The notes under the pieces were generated by a model. The model was not told the origin of the DNA, searched no databases, and saw nothing but the letters and a program-made list of their open reading frames with translations. Below, piece after piece: positions 47,448 to 57,153 of a stretch of 64,000 nucleotides of DNA. Source of the stretch: a virus (lineage: Duplodnaviria; Caudoviricetes); IMG/VR virus record IMGVR_UViG_3300029267_004155; one strand, given 5' to 3'. The translations under genes and the position numbers were made by a program. How positions within the stretch are numbered: the first letter of the stretch is position 1; every line of letters begins with the position of its first letter.

Positions 47448-47645
47448 ATGCTGGCGTGGTTCTACGACGTGGCGAAGAGGCAGAAGGTGCAGCGGCCGGT
47501 GATCGGCAAGCTGGTTGTGATGGGCAAGGACAAGAATCCCAGGTTCTCGATGGTCGGCAAGACCGTGGACGGCCGGCGCCTGGTTCTCATGGTGAGCAAG
47601 AAGGCCTACAAGCAGTCCGATGTCCCGAGGCTGAAGAGGAGGTGA
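47448..47645 (+). CDS. small basic hypothetical protein
   Basis: AGGAGG RBS. Confidence 0.6.
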   Translation: MLAWFYDVAKRQKVQRPVIGKLVVMGKDKNPRFSMVGKTVDGRRLVLMVSKKAYKQSDVPRLKRR

Positions 47646-47663
47646 CTTCCGGCTCCCCTTTCG

Positions 47664-47694
47664 GGCCCGCTCGAACGACGAGCGGGCCTTTTTT
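47664..47694 (+). terminator. intrinsic terminator
   Basis: GGCCCGCTCG-AACGA-CGAGCGGGCC-TTTTTT. Confidence 0.88.
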
Positions 47695-47748
47695 GTCGAA
47701 AGTCCGACCTGGAGGTGTATAATAGGGCGTGACAGGCAGGAGGTGGAT

Positions 47749-48957
47749 ATGGCGGACATGAGGAATGTGCTTATTCGCGGCGTGGTCGAGCTGACGCGCA
47801 GCAAGGAGTTCTACGGCCATGTCGTCCAGCAGTTTGAGAAGGTTTACCTGGAGGGGGACTCCGGAATGGCCAGGAAGGTGCAGACGGCCGCTGTCGGCCG
47901 CGTTCCGGGCGACCGCTTCGTCAAGCTGTACCTGAACAAGGACTACTTCGGGTCGATCTACGACGACCATGGCGCCGACAAGGGGTGGGAGTACGTCCTC
48001 GGGGCCATGGAGCACGAGACGTTGCACGTGGTCCTGGACCATCTCTTCCTGGAGTTCGAGGACGAGGTGAGGGGAGGGGTCGCCGTCGACTGCGTGGTCA
48101 ACCAGCTGATTCCGAAAAGCAGGGTCATGGACGCGTGGGCGCACCCCATCAAGTACGGCCTGCCGGAAGGCAAGTCGTCGATCTGGTACTACAAGAACCT
48201 GGCCGGCAATTCCGAGTTCCAGAAGCAGCTGGCGTCGGGGGCGTTCGGGCCCGGAGGCGTCATGGAGTGGCTGAGGAGCTCGCATGGCCTGTGGGGCGAC
48301 GTGGGGAAGGACGAGCTGGCCCACGAGATCATGAAGGACATAATCCGGAAGGCGAGGGACATGTGCGACGGGAACTACGGGGACATCCCCGGGTGCGTCG
48401 CCGAGAGTATCGAGGAGCTCCTGAGGCGAAAACCTCCGAGGATTTGCTGGGGGAGGGTCCTGAGGATGTTCTGCGCTTCCGCGATAGAGAGCGTCCTGGA
48501 CTACACGATGAAGAGGGTCAGCAGGAGGTTCGGCACCCGGCCGGGGACGGTCCACGGCGACGTCCTGGACGTGGCGGTCATCGTTGACACGTCGATGTCG
48601 ATCGACAAGTGGCAGGTGGCGGCCTTCTTCAACGAGATCGAGTGGATACGCCGGAACGGGGCGGTCGTGACCGTCTACGAGGCGGACGCGAGCCTGAAGA
48701 GGACCTACCGCTACACCGGCAGGTTCGACGGCGAGGTTCATGGGCGTGGCGGGACGTGCCTGGACCCGGCCCTGGAGGAGGCGGAGAGGAGGCGCCACGA
48801 CGCGGCGATCTACTTCACCGACTTCGAGGCGCCGGCGCTGAAGAGGAGATACGGGCTCCCCGTGCTGTGGGTCCTGACGAGGGACATGGCCAAGGAGGAG
48901 CGGCCCTGTGACTGGGGCACGGTTATCGTGCTGGACGAGCCGAGAAGGGTGGCGTGA
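47749..48957 (+). CDS. DUF2201-like metallopeptidase/VWA protein
   Basis: HETLH, VDTSMS, GRGGT and YFTD motifs. Confidence 0.85.
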   Translation: MADMRNVLIRGVVELTRSKEFYGHVVQQFEKVYLEGDSGMARKVQTAAVGRVPGDRFVKLYLNKDYFGSIYDDHGADKGWEYVLGAMEHETLHVVLDHLFLEFEDEVRGGVAVDCVVNQLIPKSRVMDAWAHPIKYGLPEGKSSIWYYKNLAGNSEFQKQLASGAFGPGGVMEWLRSSHGLWGDVGKDELAHEIMKDIIRKARDMCDGNYGDIPGCVAESIEELLRRKPPRICWGRVLRMFCASAIESVLDYTMKRVSRRFGTRPGTVHGDVLDVAVIVDTSMSIDKWQVAAFFNEIEWIRRNGAVVTVYEADASLKRTYRYTGRFDGEVHGRGGTCLDPALEEAERRRHDAAIYFTDFEAPALKRRYGLPVLWVLTRDMAKEERPCDWGTVIVLDEPRRVA

Positions 48958-48974
48958 GGCATTGGGAGCATGAC

Positions 48975-49355
48975 ATGAAGACTTTGTTCGTGTGCGCGAC
49001 GAGGAACATCGACAGGCACGTCGGCGAGGAGTACGACGACATCCTGGAGGTGGAGGACCAGCCGACGACCGAGACGATCAAGCTGTGGGCCGACCGCGTG
49101 ATGGACCACATCAGGAAGGTGCACGCCATGGACGCGGGGTCCGACGACCGCGGCGTCTCCGTCCATCTGGACGCGGCGAGCCCTTTCAACGCGATGCTCG
49201 TCAACCTGCAGATCAGGATGGGCCAGGACGAGGGTGTCAAGATTGACCTGCCGTACCTTGACTCCGCGATCCGGACGACGAGCGATCCGGAGGCGTTGGC
49301 GGCGATAGGGAAGCTGGAGGCAAGGGAAAGGAGAAAGCGAGATGGCGAGGAATAG
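48975..49355 (+). CDS. hypothetical protein
   Basis: GGAG RBS. Confidence 0.7.
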   Translation: MKTLFVCATRNIDRHVGEEYDDILEVEDQPTTETIKLWADRVMDHIRKVHAMDAGSDDRGVSVHLDAASPFNAMLVNLQIRMGQDEGVKIDLPYLDSAIRTTSDPEALAAIGKLEARERRKRDGEE

Positions 49356-49947
49356 CGACTGGACTCAGAGCGTCGAGGTCCAGAACATCATGGAGGAGTT
49401 CGTTGACAAGTTCCCCCAGGTGTTCGAGACCTTCGATCCGCAGGGCCTTCATGTGATCCACACCCAGAAGAAGAAGAGGGGGCCGGTCGTCACGCTGCGC
49501 AGCGTGACCTATCCGAACGAGGTCTTCGTTGGGAAGCCGTACATCGTCGAGGTGCTGGAGGAGAGGTGGAAGGGTCTCGACAAGAAGAGGAAGCGCCTGT
49601 GGGTCTTTCGGACCATGTGCTCGATCCCGCTCGGCGGCTTCGACCAGGAGAGCAAGTTCTACGCCAAGAAGTGCAAGCCGGACATCCAGATGTTCAGCCT
49701 GGAGTTCGCCGCGTGCGGAGGGGTTCCGAACTGGATGGAGAATCCCGCGGCGACCGATCCGCTGGAGGTGTCGCAGGAGGAGATGACGGAGCGGGCGAAG
49801 GCGCTGGCTGCCGGCGCGGAGGCCATTCCGCCGCTGGAGGACGCGGGGGACGACGTTGTCCCGGAAGAGGGTTCCGACGGCGTCACTAGGGTTCCGATGA
49901 CCGTGGGTGACATCGTCGACGAGCCGCGGCAGAGGAAGACGGGGTGA
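49342..49947 (+). CDS. hypothetical protein
   Basis: AAGGAG RBS. Confidence 0.75.
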   Translation: MARNSDWTQSVEVQNIMEEFVDKFPQVFETFDPQGLHVIHTQKKKRGPVVTLRSVTYPNEVFVGKPYIVEVLEERWKGLDKKRKRLWVFRTMCSIPLGGFDQESKFYAKKCKPDIQMFSLEFAACGGVPNWMENPAATDPLEVSQEEMTERAKALAAGAEAIPPLEDAGDDVVPEEGSDGVTRVPMTVGDIVDEPRQRKTG

Positions 49948-50573
49948 GCAGCAAGCGAGACCTGAAGCTGGACGACCTTCGGCGCATGTCCGACATGGAG
50001 GTTCGGAACTTGAACCTCGGGCGTCGCAGGCGTCGTCGCGGGCGCTACAAGAGGCATCCGCGGGAGAAGATGTCCAGGAAGGAGCTGATTGCCTATCTCC
50101 GGAAGACGGGGATCACGACCCAGAGCGGTCTCCGGGCCAGTCGCGGGGAGGGTGATCCGACGGACTACGACTACCAGGTCGAGTTCGGGAGCTGGACGAG
50201 GGCCCGGGAGATCGCTTTCGGGATTGACCTGAGGCTGCCGGTGGACCAGGTCGACGTTGCCGAGAGCATTGTCCGCTTCAAGCTCTGGAGCAGGGAGGGG
50301 TATCTGCGCTTCAGGAATGCCCACATGTCGCTTCCGTCGTATCACGCGATCCGGAAGAAGTGGGGTTCCTGGAGCAATCTGGTGCACGTGGCCAGGAGGG
50401 TGGCCGTGTCGGCGGCGCTTGAGAAGTACATGAGCCTGATGAGGCGTTTCGGCCGGCTGCCGACGGAGGAGGAGTGCAGGGATGCCGGGCTCTCCATGGC
50501 AGATGCCGTTGAGTTTTTCGGAAGCAAGGCCGAGATGGACGAGTACGTCTCCGGCCTCAAGGGGGTCGTATGA
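49944..50573 (+). CDS. protein with homing-endonuclease-associated-like repeats
   Basis: PT...FGSW and PS...WGSW repeats. Confidence 0.65.
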   Translation: MSSKRDLKLDDLRRMSDMEVRNLNLGRRRRRRGRYKRHPREKMSRKELIAYLRKTGITTQSGLRASRGEGDPTDYDYQVEFGSWTRAREIAFGIDLRLPVDQVDVAESIVRFKLWSREGYLRFRNAHMSLPSYHAIRKKWGSWSNLVHVARRVAVSAALEKYMSLMRRFGRLPTEEECRDAGLSMADAVEFFGSKAEMDEYVSGLKGVV

Positions 50574-51019
50574 GAACGGAAGAGGAAGTCCTGGCGCGGT
50601 TCGACGACCTGCGGTCCAGGAGGCTCAAGGCCAGGAAGGCCAGGTACCTCTCGAGAGAGCCTATCAACTGCCGGTGGAACAGGCGCCTGCGGGTGAAGGG
50701 TGACGGGAAGGTGGGCTTCTGCGCGCATCCCATCGTCATGTCCAGGGCTGGGGACAAGGGCATCTCCGTCTGCAACGAGGACCGCGTCGCCAAGAAATGC
50801 AGGCTGTTCGACTGCGCCCATGTGCCGGAGTCCGTCGAGAATAGTTTCGAGGAGGTGTTGCGGTCACCTTCGAGGTGCGGCAACGAATATCCGAAGCTGG
50901 CGATCCTGATTTGGTTCCTCCAGAACCAGAGGCGCCCGTCGAGAGGCGCTCGTCTGAAGGGGGCGGTGATGGACGTTGGGAGATCGCTGTGGCGCGCGGT
51001 CACGTTTGGATGGTGGTGA
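50570..51019 (+). CDS. Cys-rich hypothetical protein
   Basis: ATGA coupling. Confidence 0.7.
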   Translation: MRTEEEVLARFDDLRSRRLKARKARYLSREPINCRWNRRLRVKGDGKVGFCAHPIVMSRAGDKGISVCNEDRVAKKCRLFDCAHVPESVENSFEEVLRSPSRCGNEYPKLAILIWFLQNQRRPSRGARLKGAVMDVGRSLWRAVTFGWW

Positions 51020-51020
51020 C

Positions 51021-51629
51021 GTGGATGGGTGGGTCTGTCTGGTCGTAGGCGGCAGTGACCATGACAGGATGGTTGCCGAGGTCACGAGGATTTTTGGCGA
51101 CGACCTGGTCGAGGTCAGGGTTGTTACGCCCCTGGACGATTCCTCCGAGTCGTATTGCCTTGTTAGGTGCCGGGACTACCTTCCGCATGTCGGCGAGCTT
51201 ATGTCGTCGTCGGTGGTCCGAGCCGCGCTTCCCTCCTATGAGCGCCCCCAGCCCCTGACCGACGAAGAGGTGGAGGAGTTCTGTCTGTCGATGGAGCCGA
51301 AGGCGTCGAAGCGTCCTTGCAGGGGGGACCTCGTGAGGGTGCTGGACGGCTACCTCTCCGGCCTTTTCGGGATCGTCGCGGGGCCGGGGAAGGGGGATGG
51401 CTGGAGGGTCTTGTTCAGGTTCCACGTCAAGGATTTCGAGGAGGAGCTGATGCCGCTCCAGCTGGAAATCCTGGACAATGTGTTTCGGAGCTTGAAAATG
51501 CCCGTAACGTCTGATACGGTAGATGAAAGAGGGATGAGGGTGATGGCGCAGGCGATGGGGGAAAAGCTCTTCATGGAATACATGGTGGAGCGTCGTGGCA
51601 TCAATAAAGTACGTGGGAAGGAAAGTTGA
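51021..51629 (+). CDS. NusG-like transcription factor
   Basis: NGN-like N-domain, PQPLTDEEV linker, KOW motif GDLVRVLDGYLSGLFGIV. Confidence 0.7.
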   Translation: MDGWVCLVVGGSDHDRMVAEVTRIFGDDLVEVRVVTPLDDSSESYCLVRCRDYLPHVGELMSSSVVRAALPSYERPQPLTDEEVEEFCLSMEPKASKRPCRGDLVRVLDGYLSGLFGIVAGPGKGDGWRVLFRFHVKDFEEELMPLQLEILDNVFRSLKMPVTSDTVDERGMRVMAQAMGEKLFMEYMVERRGINKVRGKES

Positions 51630-52188
51630 GGAGCTCGGGGCAGGCGTCCGCTTCGAGGGTGCCGTAGCCGCGCCGGGGTTCTCCGTTGAGCAGGTCCGGA
51701 CGTTCAGGCCGATCATGAGCTTCCTGAACGAGAAGGACCGCGACATCCTGCATCTGATCTTCGTCGCCGGCAAGAAGCAGAAGGAGGTGCAGCGCATCCT
51801 CGGGCGCTCTCAGCCGTCGCTCTGCTACGACATCAAGCGCATCCGGCGCAGGCTCAAGTTCGTCTTCTACCTCCATTCCGTCTTCGACATCTTCGTCGAG
51901 TTCCTGACCAGGTCCAGGGAGGACGACTCCTTCGAGCTGGAGGAGCTTGACGTTCTCACCATGATGTTCTACACGACCTCGTTCACCCTGGCGGCCAGGG
52001 TGCTTGGAATGTCCCAGGTCCGCGTCCGTTATCTCTACGACAGGTGCCTCCGGCGCATGCGGGAGGAGGAGCTCTGGGACGTCTATGAGATATTCGTGGT
52101 GGTGAGGTCGAACCTGAACATCGTCCGAAGGCTCTATTGCCACGAGGAGCCCGGCGTCGACCTTCGGCACGCGTTTATCCCTTATTAG
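51595..52188 (+). CDS. sigma-factor-like protein (two region-4-like HTHs)
   Basis: LNEKDRDIL...QKEVQRILGRSQPS and AARVLGMSQ; start uncertain. Confidence 0.6.
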   Translation: MASIKYVGRKVEELGAGVRFEGAVAAPGFSVEQVRTFRPIMSFLNEKDRDILHLIFVAGKKQKEVQRILGRSQPSLCYDIKRIRRRLKFVFYLHSVFDIFVEFLTRSREDDSFELEELDVLTMMFYTTSFTLAARVLGMSQVRVRYLYDRCLRRMREEELWDVYEIFVVVRSNLNIVRRLYCHEEPGVDLRHAFIPY

Positions 52189-52203
52189 GGCGCATGTGCT
52201 CAT

Positions 52204-52226
52204 TTCCTTTTATATTCGCGGCCTTG
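52204..52226 (+). promoter_or_regulatory. putative late promoter
   Basis: TTCCTTTTATATT-N5-CCTTG, same as 63827-63849. Confidence 0.65.
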
Positions 52227-52243
52227 ATAGGAGGACGTGTGCA

Positions 52244-52507
52244 ATGAATGACATCTTCAAAGATTTCGTCTGGCATAGCGCCATCGGCATCGACATGGAC
52301 CTCGACGGGAACAAGAAGTTCGTCACCAGGGTGGCGAACACCAAGGAGGCAAGGAGGATGTTCGTCGCTTCCGGCGACAGTCTGCTGATCCACAAGACGA
52401 CCAAGGCCCTCTGGAAGTTCTCGGAGGACAACAAGTGCATAGAGCCCGTGTTCAGCGCCGACGTCCTGACGGAGGACGAGGTGCGGGAGGCCATGGAGGA
52501 GAGTTGA
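52244..52507 (+). CDS. hypothetical protein
   Basis: AGGAGG RBS. Confidence 0.75.
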   Translation: MNDIFKDFVWHSAIGIDMDLDGNKKFVTRVANTKEARRMFVASGDSLLIHKTTKALWKFSEDNKCIEPVFSADVLTEDEVREAMEES

Positions 52508-52508
52508 G

Positions 52509-53612
52509 ATGAACCTGACTGAGATCTTGAAGGACGCCTCGCTCCAGAATCACTCGTGGATGGCCGACGGCCTCACGAGGCCCGGCGAGTTCACGTTCGA
52601 CCCGGAGGCGCATGACGTCAAGAACCCCAACAACACCAAGCCCGAGCTGGAGATGGAATGGGGGTATGGCGGCATGGAGCCGATATTCATGGAGGACCCG
52701 TCCGCCGGAGAGGTGCGGAGAAACCTGCCGCCCGACGCCGTCGAGGATGCCGGGGAGGTCATCCGCTTCGCCCGTGACATGATGAATCGCGGACACTCCA
52801 GGGAGTTCGTGGCGAAGGCGATCACGTCCTCGTTCCCGATGAGGACCCTGGCGCGGGCGACTGACGAGCTCAGAAGCCTTTTCTCGCTTGACGGCATCGT
52901 GGGAAGGATCGCCGTGGACGCCCGAGGCTACGACAGCTGCAAGGACGCCCTGAAGGCGGCGGCCAGGTCGCCCTACAAGCGCTTCATCAAGTACGTGATC
53001 GGCTGCGACTGCGGCGACCCCCAGATGATCCACGACCATCGCGACGGAGGCCTGGTGGCCTCGGATGATGTGGGGTTTGACGGTTTTCTGAAGGAGGACG
53101 AGAGGCGTCCGTACGAGGCGAGTCTCCGGCCGCATTGCCGGTCGACCATGCTCCCGATCCTGGCCGGGATGGGGGACCTTGACGAGTCCGAGATGGACAG
53201 CACGCTCATTGATCTCATGAACCTGACGAACCTTCCGGAGTCGATCGTGGAGGAGGATGCCGGGAGGACGCCGCTGGCGAGGGTCCGTGACGCCTTCAGG
53301 GCCATCGACAGGATGGCGGCGAAGGCGCGGGCTGCCGCCTACGACGAGCAGCCGGACGCGTCGGAGTTCGTGGTCCGGATGGCTGACAACGAGGTCGAGA
53401 TCGACGCGCCGGCGCGGCCCCCCATCGAGCTGGATGACACGAGGGCGGCGAAGGTGGAGCTGGACGTGATCGAGTTCGAGGGCATCGACGTCGACATGGC
53501 GCAGGGGATGCCCGGCATCTTCGCCGGCGTGGACGAGATCAGCCTTGATGACGTCGTGGAGCCGGTTTCGGCGCTCGACGTCGACACGAGGTACCAGATG
53601 GTGGTGGAATGA
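52509..53612 (+). CDS. hypothetical acidic protein (head operon)
   Basis: GGAGGAG RBS. Confidence 0.75.
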   Translation: MNLTEILKDASLQNHSWMADGLTRPGEFTFDPEAHDVKNPNNTKPELEMEWGYGGMEPIFMEDPSAGEVRRNLPPDAVEDAGEVIRFARDMMNRGHSREFVAKAITSSFPMRTLARATDELRSLFSLDGIVGRIAVDARGYDSCKDALKAAARSPYKRFIKYVIGCDCGDPQMIHDHRDGGLVASDDVGFDGFLKEDERRPYEASLRPHCRSTMLPILAGMGDLDESEMDSTLIDLMNLTNLPESIVEEDAGRTPLARVRDAFRAIDRMAAKARAAAYDEQPDASEFVVRMADNEVEIDAPARPPIELDDTRAAKVELDVIEFEGIDVDMAQGMPGIFAGVDEISLDDVVEPVSALDVDTRYQMVVE

Positions 53613-54187
53613 GCGACTTCGACGACATGGACGCCCAGGCAGCCGTCATGACGTCTCCAGCGCGCCAGCCGGGGACGTCGGTGCAGGGTGGCGTGAGCGA
53701 GTTCCGGGCCGATCTGGTCAGGAGCTACCACGGCGGCCAGCCGTCGCTCGTCGGGCGCCTGGAGAAGGATGGCCGGAACGACGTGATGTCCATGGCGGTG
53801 GAGCTCCTGAGGGAGATGGTCCAGGAGACGGACCACCTTCTGGGCAACGAGCTGGTGGCGACGCAGAACGGCGACCTGCGGGACTCGTCGGTCATCTCCT
53901 ACAAGAGGGCCGAGGTCCTGGAGAAGGCCATCAAGGCGGCGCACGCCAGGATGAGGTTCGAGAGGGAGACCAGCGGCTTCGACCTGGACTCCCCGGCGAT
54001 GATAGTGGTCTTCAGGTTCTTCATGGGCAAGGTCCGGGACGTCTTCGAGCGCATAGGCGTGGACGCGGAGATGTCCGACATCTTCTTCCGGCAGCTGGGG
54101 GAGGAGATGGAGAACTGGAAGAAGGAGCTGCGAGAGCAGGTCGAGGCGGCCGGCGGCGCTACCGTGGCGCCCGCGAGAGGGGCCTAG
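53609..54187 (+). CDS. possible terminase small subunit
   Basis: Helical 192-aa protein directly before TerL; assignment is positional only. Confidence 0.4.
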   Translation: MSDFDDMDAQAAVMTSPARQPGTSVQGGVSEFRADLVRSYHGGQPSLVGRLEKDGRNDVMSMAVELLREMVQETDHLLGNELVATQNGDLRDSSVISYKRAEVLEKAIKAAHARMRFERETSGFDLDSPAMIVVFRFFMGKVRDVFERIGVDAEMSDIFFRQLGEEMENWKKELREQVEAAGGATVAPARGA

Positions 54188-56053
54188 ATGCCGAACAACC
54201 TCATAGCCCAGATCGCCAACGAGTTCGTCTCGGGGCCGACCGAGGATGTCGTCGACATCGTCACCTTCGCGGAGGCGCCCTGGGGGCTGGGGCTCTCCCT
54301 GTACCCGGTTCAGAAGTTCATCTTGCGGTGCCTGTACGGGATGGCGCTGGATGGAAGCTCCAAGACTATCAAGATCAACGACGTGGTCAACGAGCACCTT
54401 CTCTACACCTTCACCGAGAAGCAGTTCCTGAAGTGGCTCTACGAGGAGGGGCGCTGCAACACGGACGAGGTCGAGGGCAAGATATTCCAGGAGCTCGTGC
54501 TGGTGCTCGGGCGCCGCGGGACAAAATCCAGCCTGGCCTCGGTCCTCTCCAACTACGAGCTCTACAAGCTGGTTCGGAGGGGTGACCCGTCCGAGTTTTA
54601 TGGCTTCCCGCGTCAGACGGAGATCGCGATCTTGAACGTCGCGCCGACCGACGAGCAGTCCGGGATCGTCTTCAACATGATCCAGGCGATGGCGATGCAG
54701 TGCCCCTACCTGAGGGACCGCTCGCTCAACCAGACGATGACCTACTTCAACCTTCAGACCGACGCCGACATGAAGGCGCACGGCAAGCCGAAGGCGAGCC
54801 TGGTCTCCATCGCGGGCGGCTGCTCGTCGAATTCCCTCCGCGGCAGGAACGGGCTGACGGTCATCATGGACGAGATGGCGTTCTTCATCGACAACGGGGG
54901 ACGCTTCTCCGGCGACGAGGTGTACAAGGCCCTGACGCCGTCCATCGCCGACTTCAGGCGCGACGGGAAGGTCCTCTGCCTGTCGAGTCCGTATGCCAAG
55001 TTCGGAAGGTTCTACGAGCGCTTCGACGAGTCCTTCCAGGAGCCGGACTACACGCTGATGTTCAAGATGTGGAGCTCGATGGTCAACCCGTCGATCCCGT
55101 CTGAGATTCTGAAGGCCGCGAGAAGGCGCGACAGGGTCTCGTTCATGTGCGAGTACGGCGGGGAGTTCTCCGACCGGGTGACGGCCTGGATCGACGACGA
55201 GCACGAGTTCAGGAGGTGCGTGAGCAAGAGGCCGGCCCAGTCCAGGGGGACCGGGGACGTGGAATACTTCTACGGCGTCGATCTCGGCTTCCGGAACGAC
55301 GGGACGGCCATCGCGATCGTCCATCGGGAAGGGCAGAGGATCGTCCTGGACTACGCCGACGTCTGGTTCTCGGGCTCCTCCGACGTGTGGGAGTTCGACA
55401 ACTCGATCTACTCCGGGTGCAACAAGTACGCCAAGCACGAGCTTCTCAGGATGGCCGACATCGTCGAGGAGCTCAAGTGCCTGGCCAGGTGGTTCCCGCC
55501 GAAGGCCGGGGTCTTCGACCAGTCCAACGGCTACGGCCTCGCCGAGCTGCTCGGGAAGGCGAAGCTGACGAGCCTGGAGATGAAGCATTTCACGGACGCC
55601 CTGAACGACGAGGTGTACCGGCTCGTGAAGCACCTCTACGCCGGGAGGCTCGTGGAGATGTTCGACCATCCGGTTCTGATCCCCGAGATGCTGGCGCTGG
55701 AGGCGGAGAGGAAGAGCGGCCTCAACAACAGGATGGTTGCCGGGTCCGAGGTGAGGGGCAAGGTGATGGTCCAGGCTCCGAACAGGAGGGGCGCGCACGA
55801 CGACATTTCGGATGCCTACGTGAGGGCGGTGTGGTCTTGCCACAACCACACCCACGGGAAGCCGCAGAACGTGGCGGTTGGGGCTGGCGGGCGTCTTGGG
55901 GCGCACGGGGATGTCAGGATTCCCGGGCAGCCGTTCGCCAGGCAGGAGAGCCAGGCTTCCTTCATGATGCGCAAGGTCAAGATGCACGGCGCCCATCCGA
56001 GAGGACTTCACAAGATCAAGAGGCAGCGTGGGCCAGTCCGGAACATGAGGTGA
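54188..56053 (+). CDS. terL: terminase large subunit
   Basis: GRRGTKS Walker A, VIMDE Walker B, LSSP motif III, YGVDLG and HDD nuclease residues. Confidence 0.9.
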   Translation: MPNNLIAQIANEFVSGPTEDVVDIVTFAEAPWGLGLSLYPVQKFILRCLYGMALDGSSKTIKINDVVNEHLLYTFTEKQFLKWLYEEGRCNTDEVEGKIFQELVLVLGRRGTKSSLASVLSNYELYKLVRRGDPSEFYGFPRQTEIAILNVAPTDEQSGIVFNMIQAMAMQCPYLRDRSLNQTMTYFNLQTDADMKAHGKPKASLVSIAGGCSSNSLRGRNGLTVIMDEMAFFIDNGGRFSGDEVYKALTPSIADFRRDGKVLCLSSPYAKFGRFYERFDESFQEPDYTLMFKMWSSMVNPSIPSEILKAARRRDRVSFMCEYGGEFSDRVTAWIDDEHEFRRCVSKRPAQSRGTGDVEYFYGVDLGFRNDGTAIAIVHREGQRIVLDYADVWFSGSSDVWEFDNSIYSGCNKYAKHELLRMADIVEELKCLARWFPPKAGVFDQSNGYGLAELLGKAKLTSLEMKHFTDALNDEVYRLVKHLYAGRLVEMFDHPVLIPEMLALEAERKSGLNNRMVAGSEVRGKVMVQAPNRRGAHDDISDAYVRAVWSCHNHTHGKPQNVAVGAGGRLGAHGDVRIPGQPFARQESQASFMMRKVKMHGAHPRGLHKIKRQRGPVRNMR

Positions 56054-56054
56054 C

Positions 56055-57152
56055 GTGTTGCCGAAGCCGATGACCAAGGAAGAGCAGACGCGTCGCCGGA
56101 AGAAGACCGACTCGGTCAGGAGGCTGGCCCAGAAGATATTGGGTCTCCGCCAGAAGGTGACGAGGGACCTGAAGTCTGACGACGAGAAGACTCGCCTGAC
56201 GGCTCTCGCCGTGGCGCTCATGGACAAGACGGCCGAGAGGGTCGGGAACGAGGCGTCGGCCAGGGACGGCCACGTCGGCGTCACCGGGTTCAAGAAGAGC
56301 CATGTCGAGGTCGACGGCAACACGGTCAGCCTGAAGTACACGGGAAAGTCGGGCGTGAAGCAGGAGAAGCAGTTCTCGGACGAGGCCGTGGCGAAGGTCG
56401 TCAAGGAGTGCCTGAGGAACTGCAAGGGCGACTCGCCGATCCTCGTGACGTCGGACGGCTTCAAGGTGAGGGCCGACAAGGTCAACCGGTACCTCAAGGA
56501 GTTCGAGGTCACGGCGAAGGACATCCGGGGCCACGCGGCCAACGACCTGGTCGTGAGGCTCCTGAGGGGCTCCATGGTCCCGTCGGACCCGGACGAGCGG
56601 AAGAAGAAGTTCCGCGAGGTGATGAAGACGGTGGCCGAGAAGGTCGGGCATCAGCAGGCGACGCTGAAGAGGCACTACTTGCTGCCGGGCTTCGAGGAGC
56701 AGTATGTCGGGAAGGGCACCGTGCCCTCCGTGAAGGAGGCGTCGGTGTCCCAGGTGGTGCTCGAGAGGCTTTTGTCCGTCAGGGTGGCGCGGGGTCTCCT
56801 GCGGGGGCGGATGGAGGAGATGGTTGCCGACCTGGTCGGCGAAATATCCGGCAAGGTCGACAGGGCGTGCAGGGAGGTGGTCGGGCGCGAGTCCGAGATG
56901 CCGGACGAGATCGACGTCGAGATCGACGGGGTGCCGACAGGCAAGGTAGCCCAGTTCGTGCCGCCGGGCTCGGGACCCGCGGTGCTGCGGGTGAGCTCGA
57001 AGCTGTTCGACGAGCCCGGCAAGGTCAGGATAGCCGTGACGCACGAGCTCTGTCACGCGGCGCTCGGGCATGAGAGGAACGCGGGCTCGCATGACGAGGA
57101 GTTCCAGAAGCTGGCGCGGGCAATGGGCGTGCCGGAGAGGATGAGGGACTGA
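56055..57152 (+). CDS. type IB topoisomerase catalytic domain fused to SprT-like HExxH domain
   Basis: ERVGNE, YTGKSG, TAKDIR, GH...HY; then THELCH...HDEEF. Confidence 0.8.
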   Translation: MLPKPMTKEEQTRRRKKTDSVRRLAQKILGLRQKVTRDLKSDDEKTRLTALAVALMDKTAERVGNEASARDGHVGVTGFKKSHVEVDGNTVSLKYTGKSGVKQEKQFSDEAVAKVVKECLRNCKGDSPILVTSDGFKVRADKVNRYLKEFEVTAKDIRGHAANDLVVRLLRGSMVPSDPDERKKKFREVMKTVAEKVGHQQATLKRHYLLPGFEEQYVGKGTVPSVKEASVSQVVLERLLSVRVARGLLRGRMEEMVADLVGEISGKVDRACREVVGRESEMPDEIDVEIDGVPTGKVAQFVPPGSGPAVLRVSSKLFDEPGKVRIAVTHELCHAALGHERNAGSHDEEFQKLARAMGVPERMRD

Positions 57153-57153
57153 C

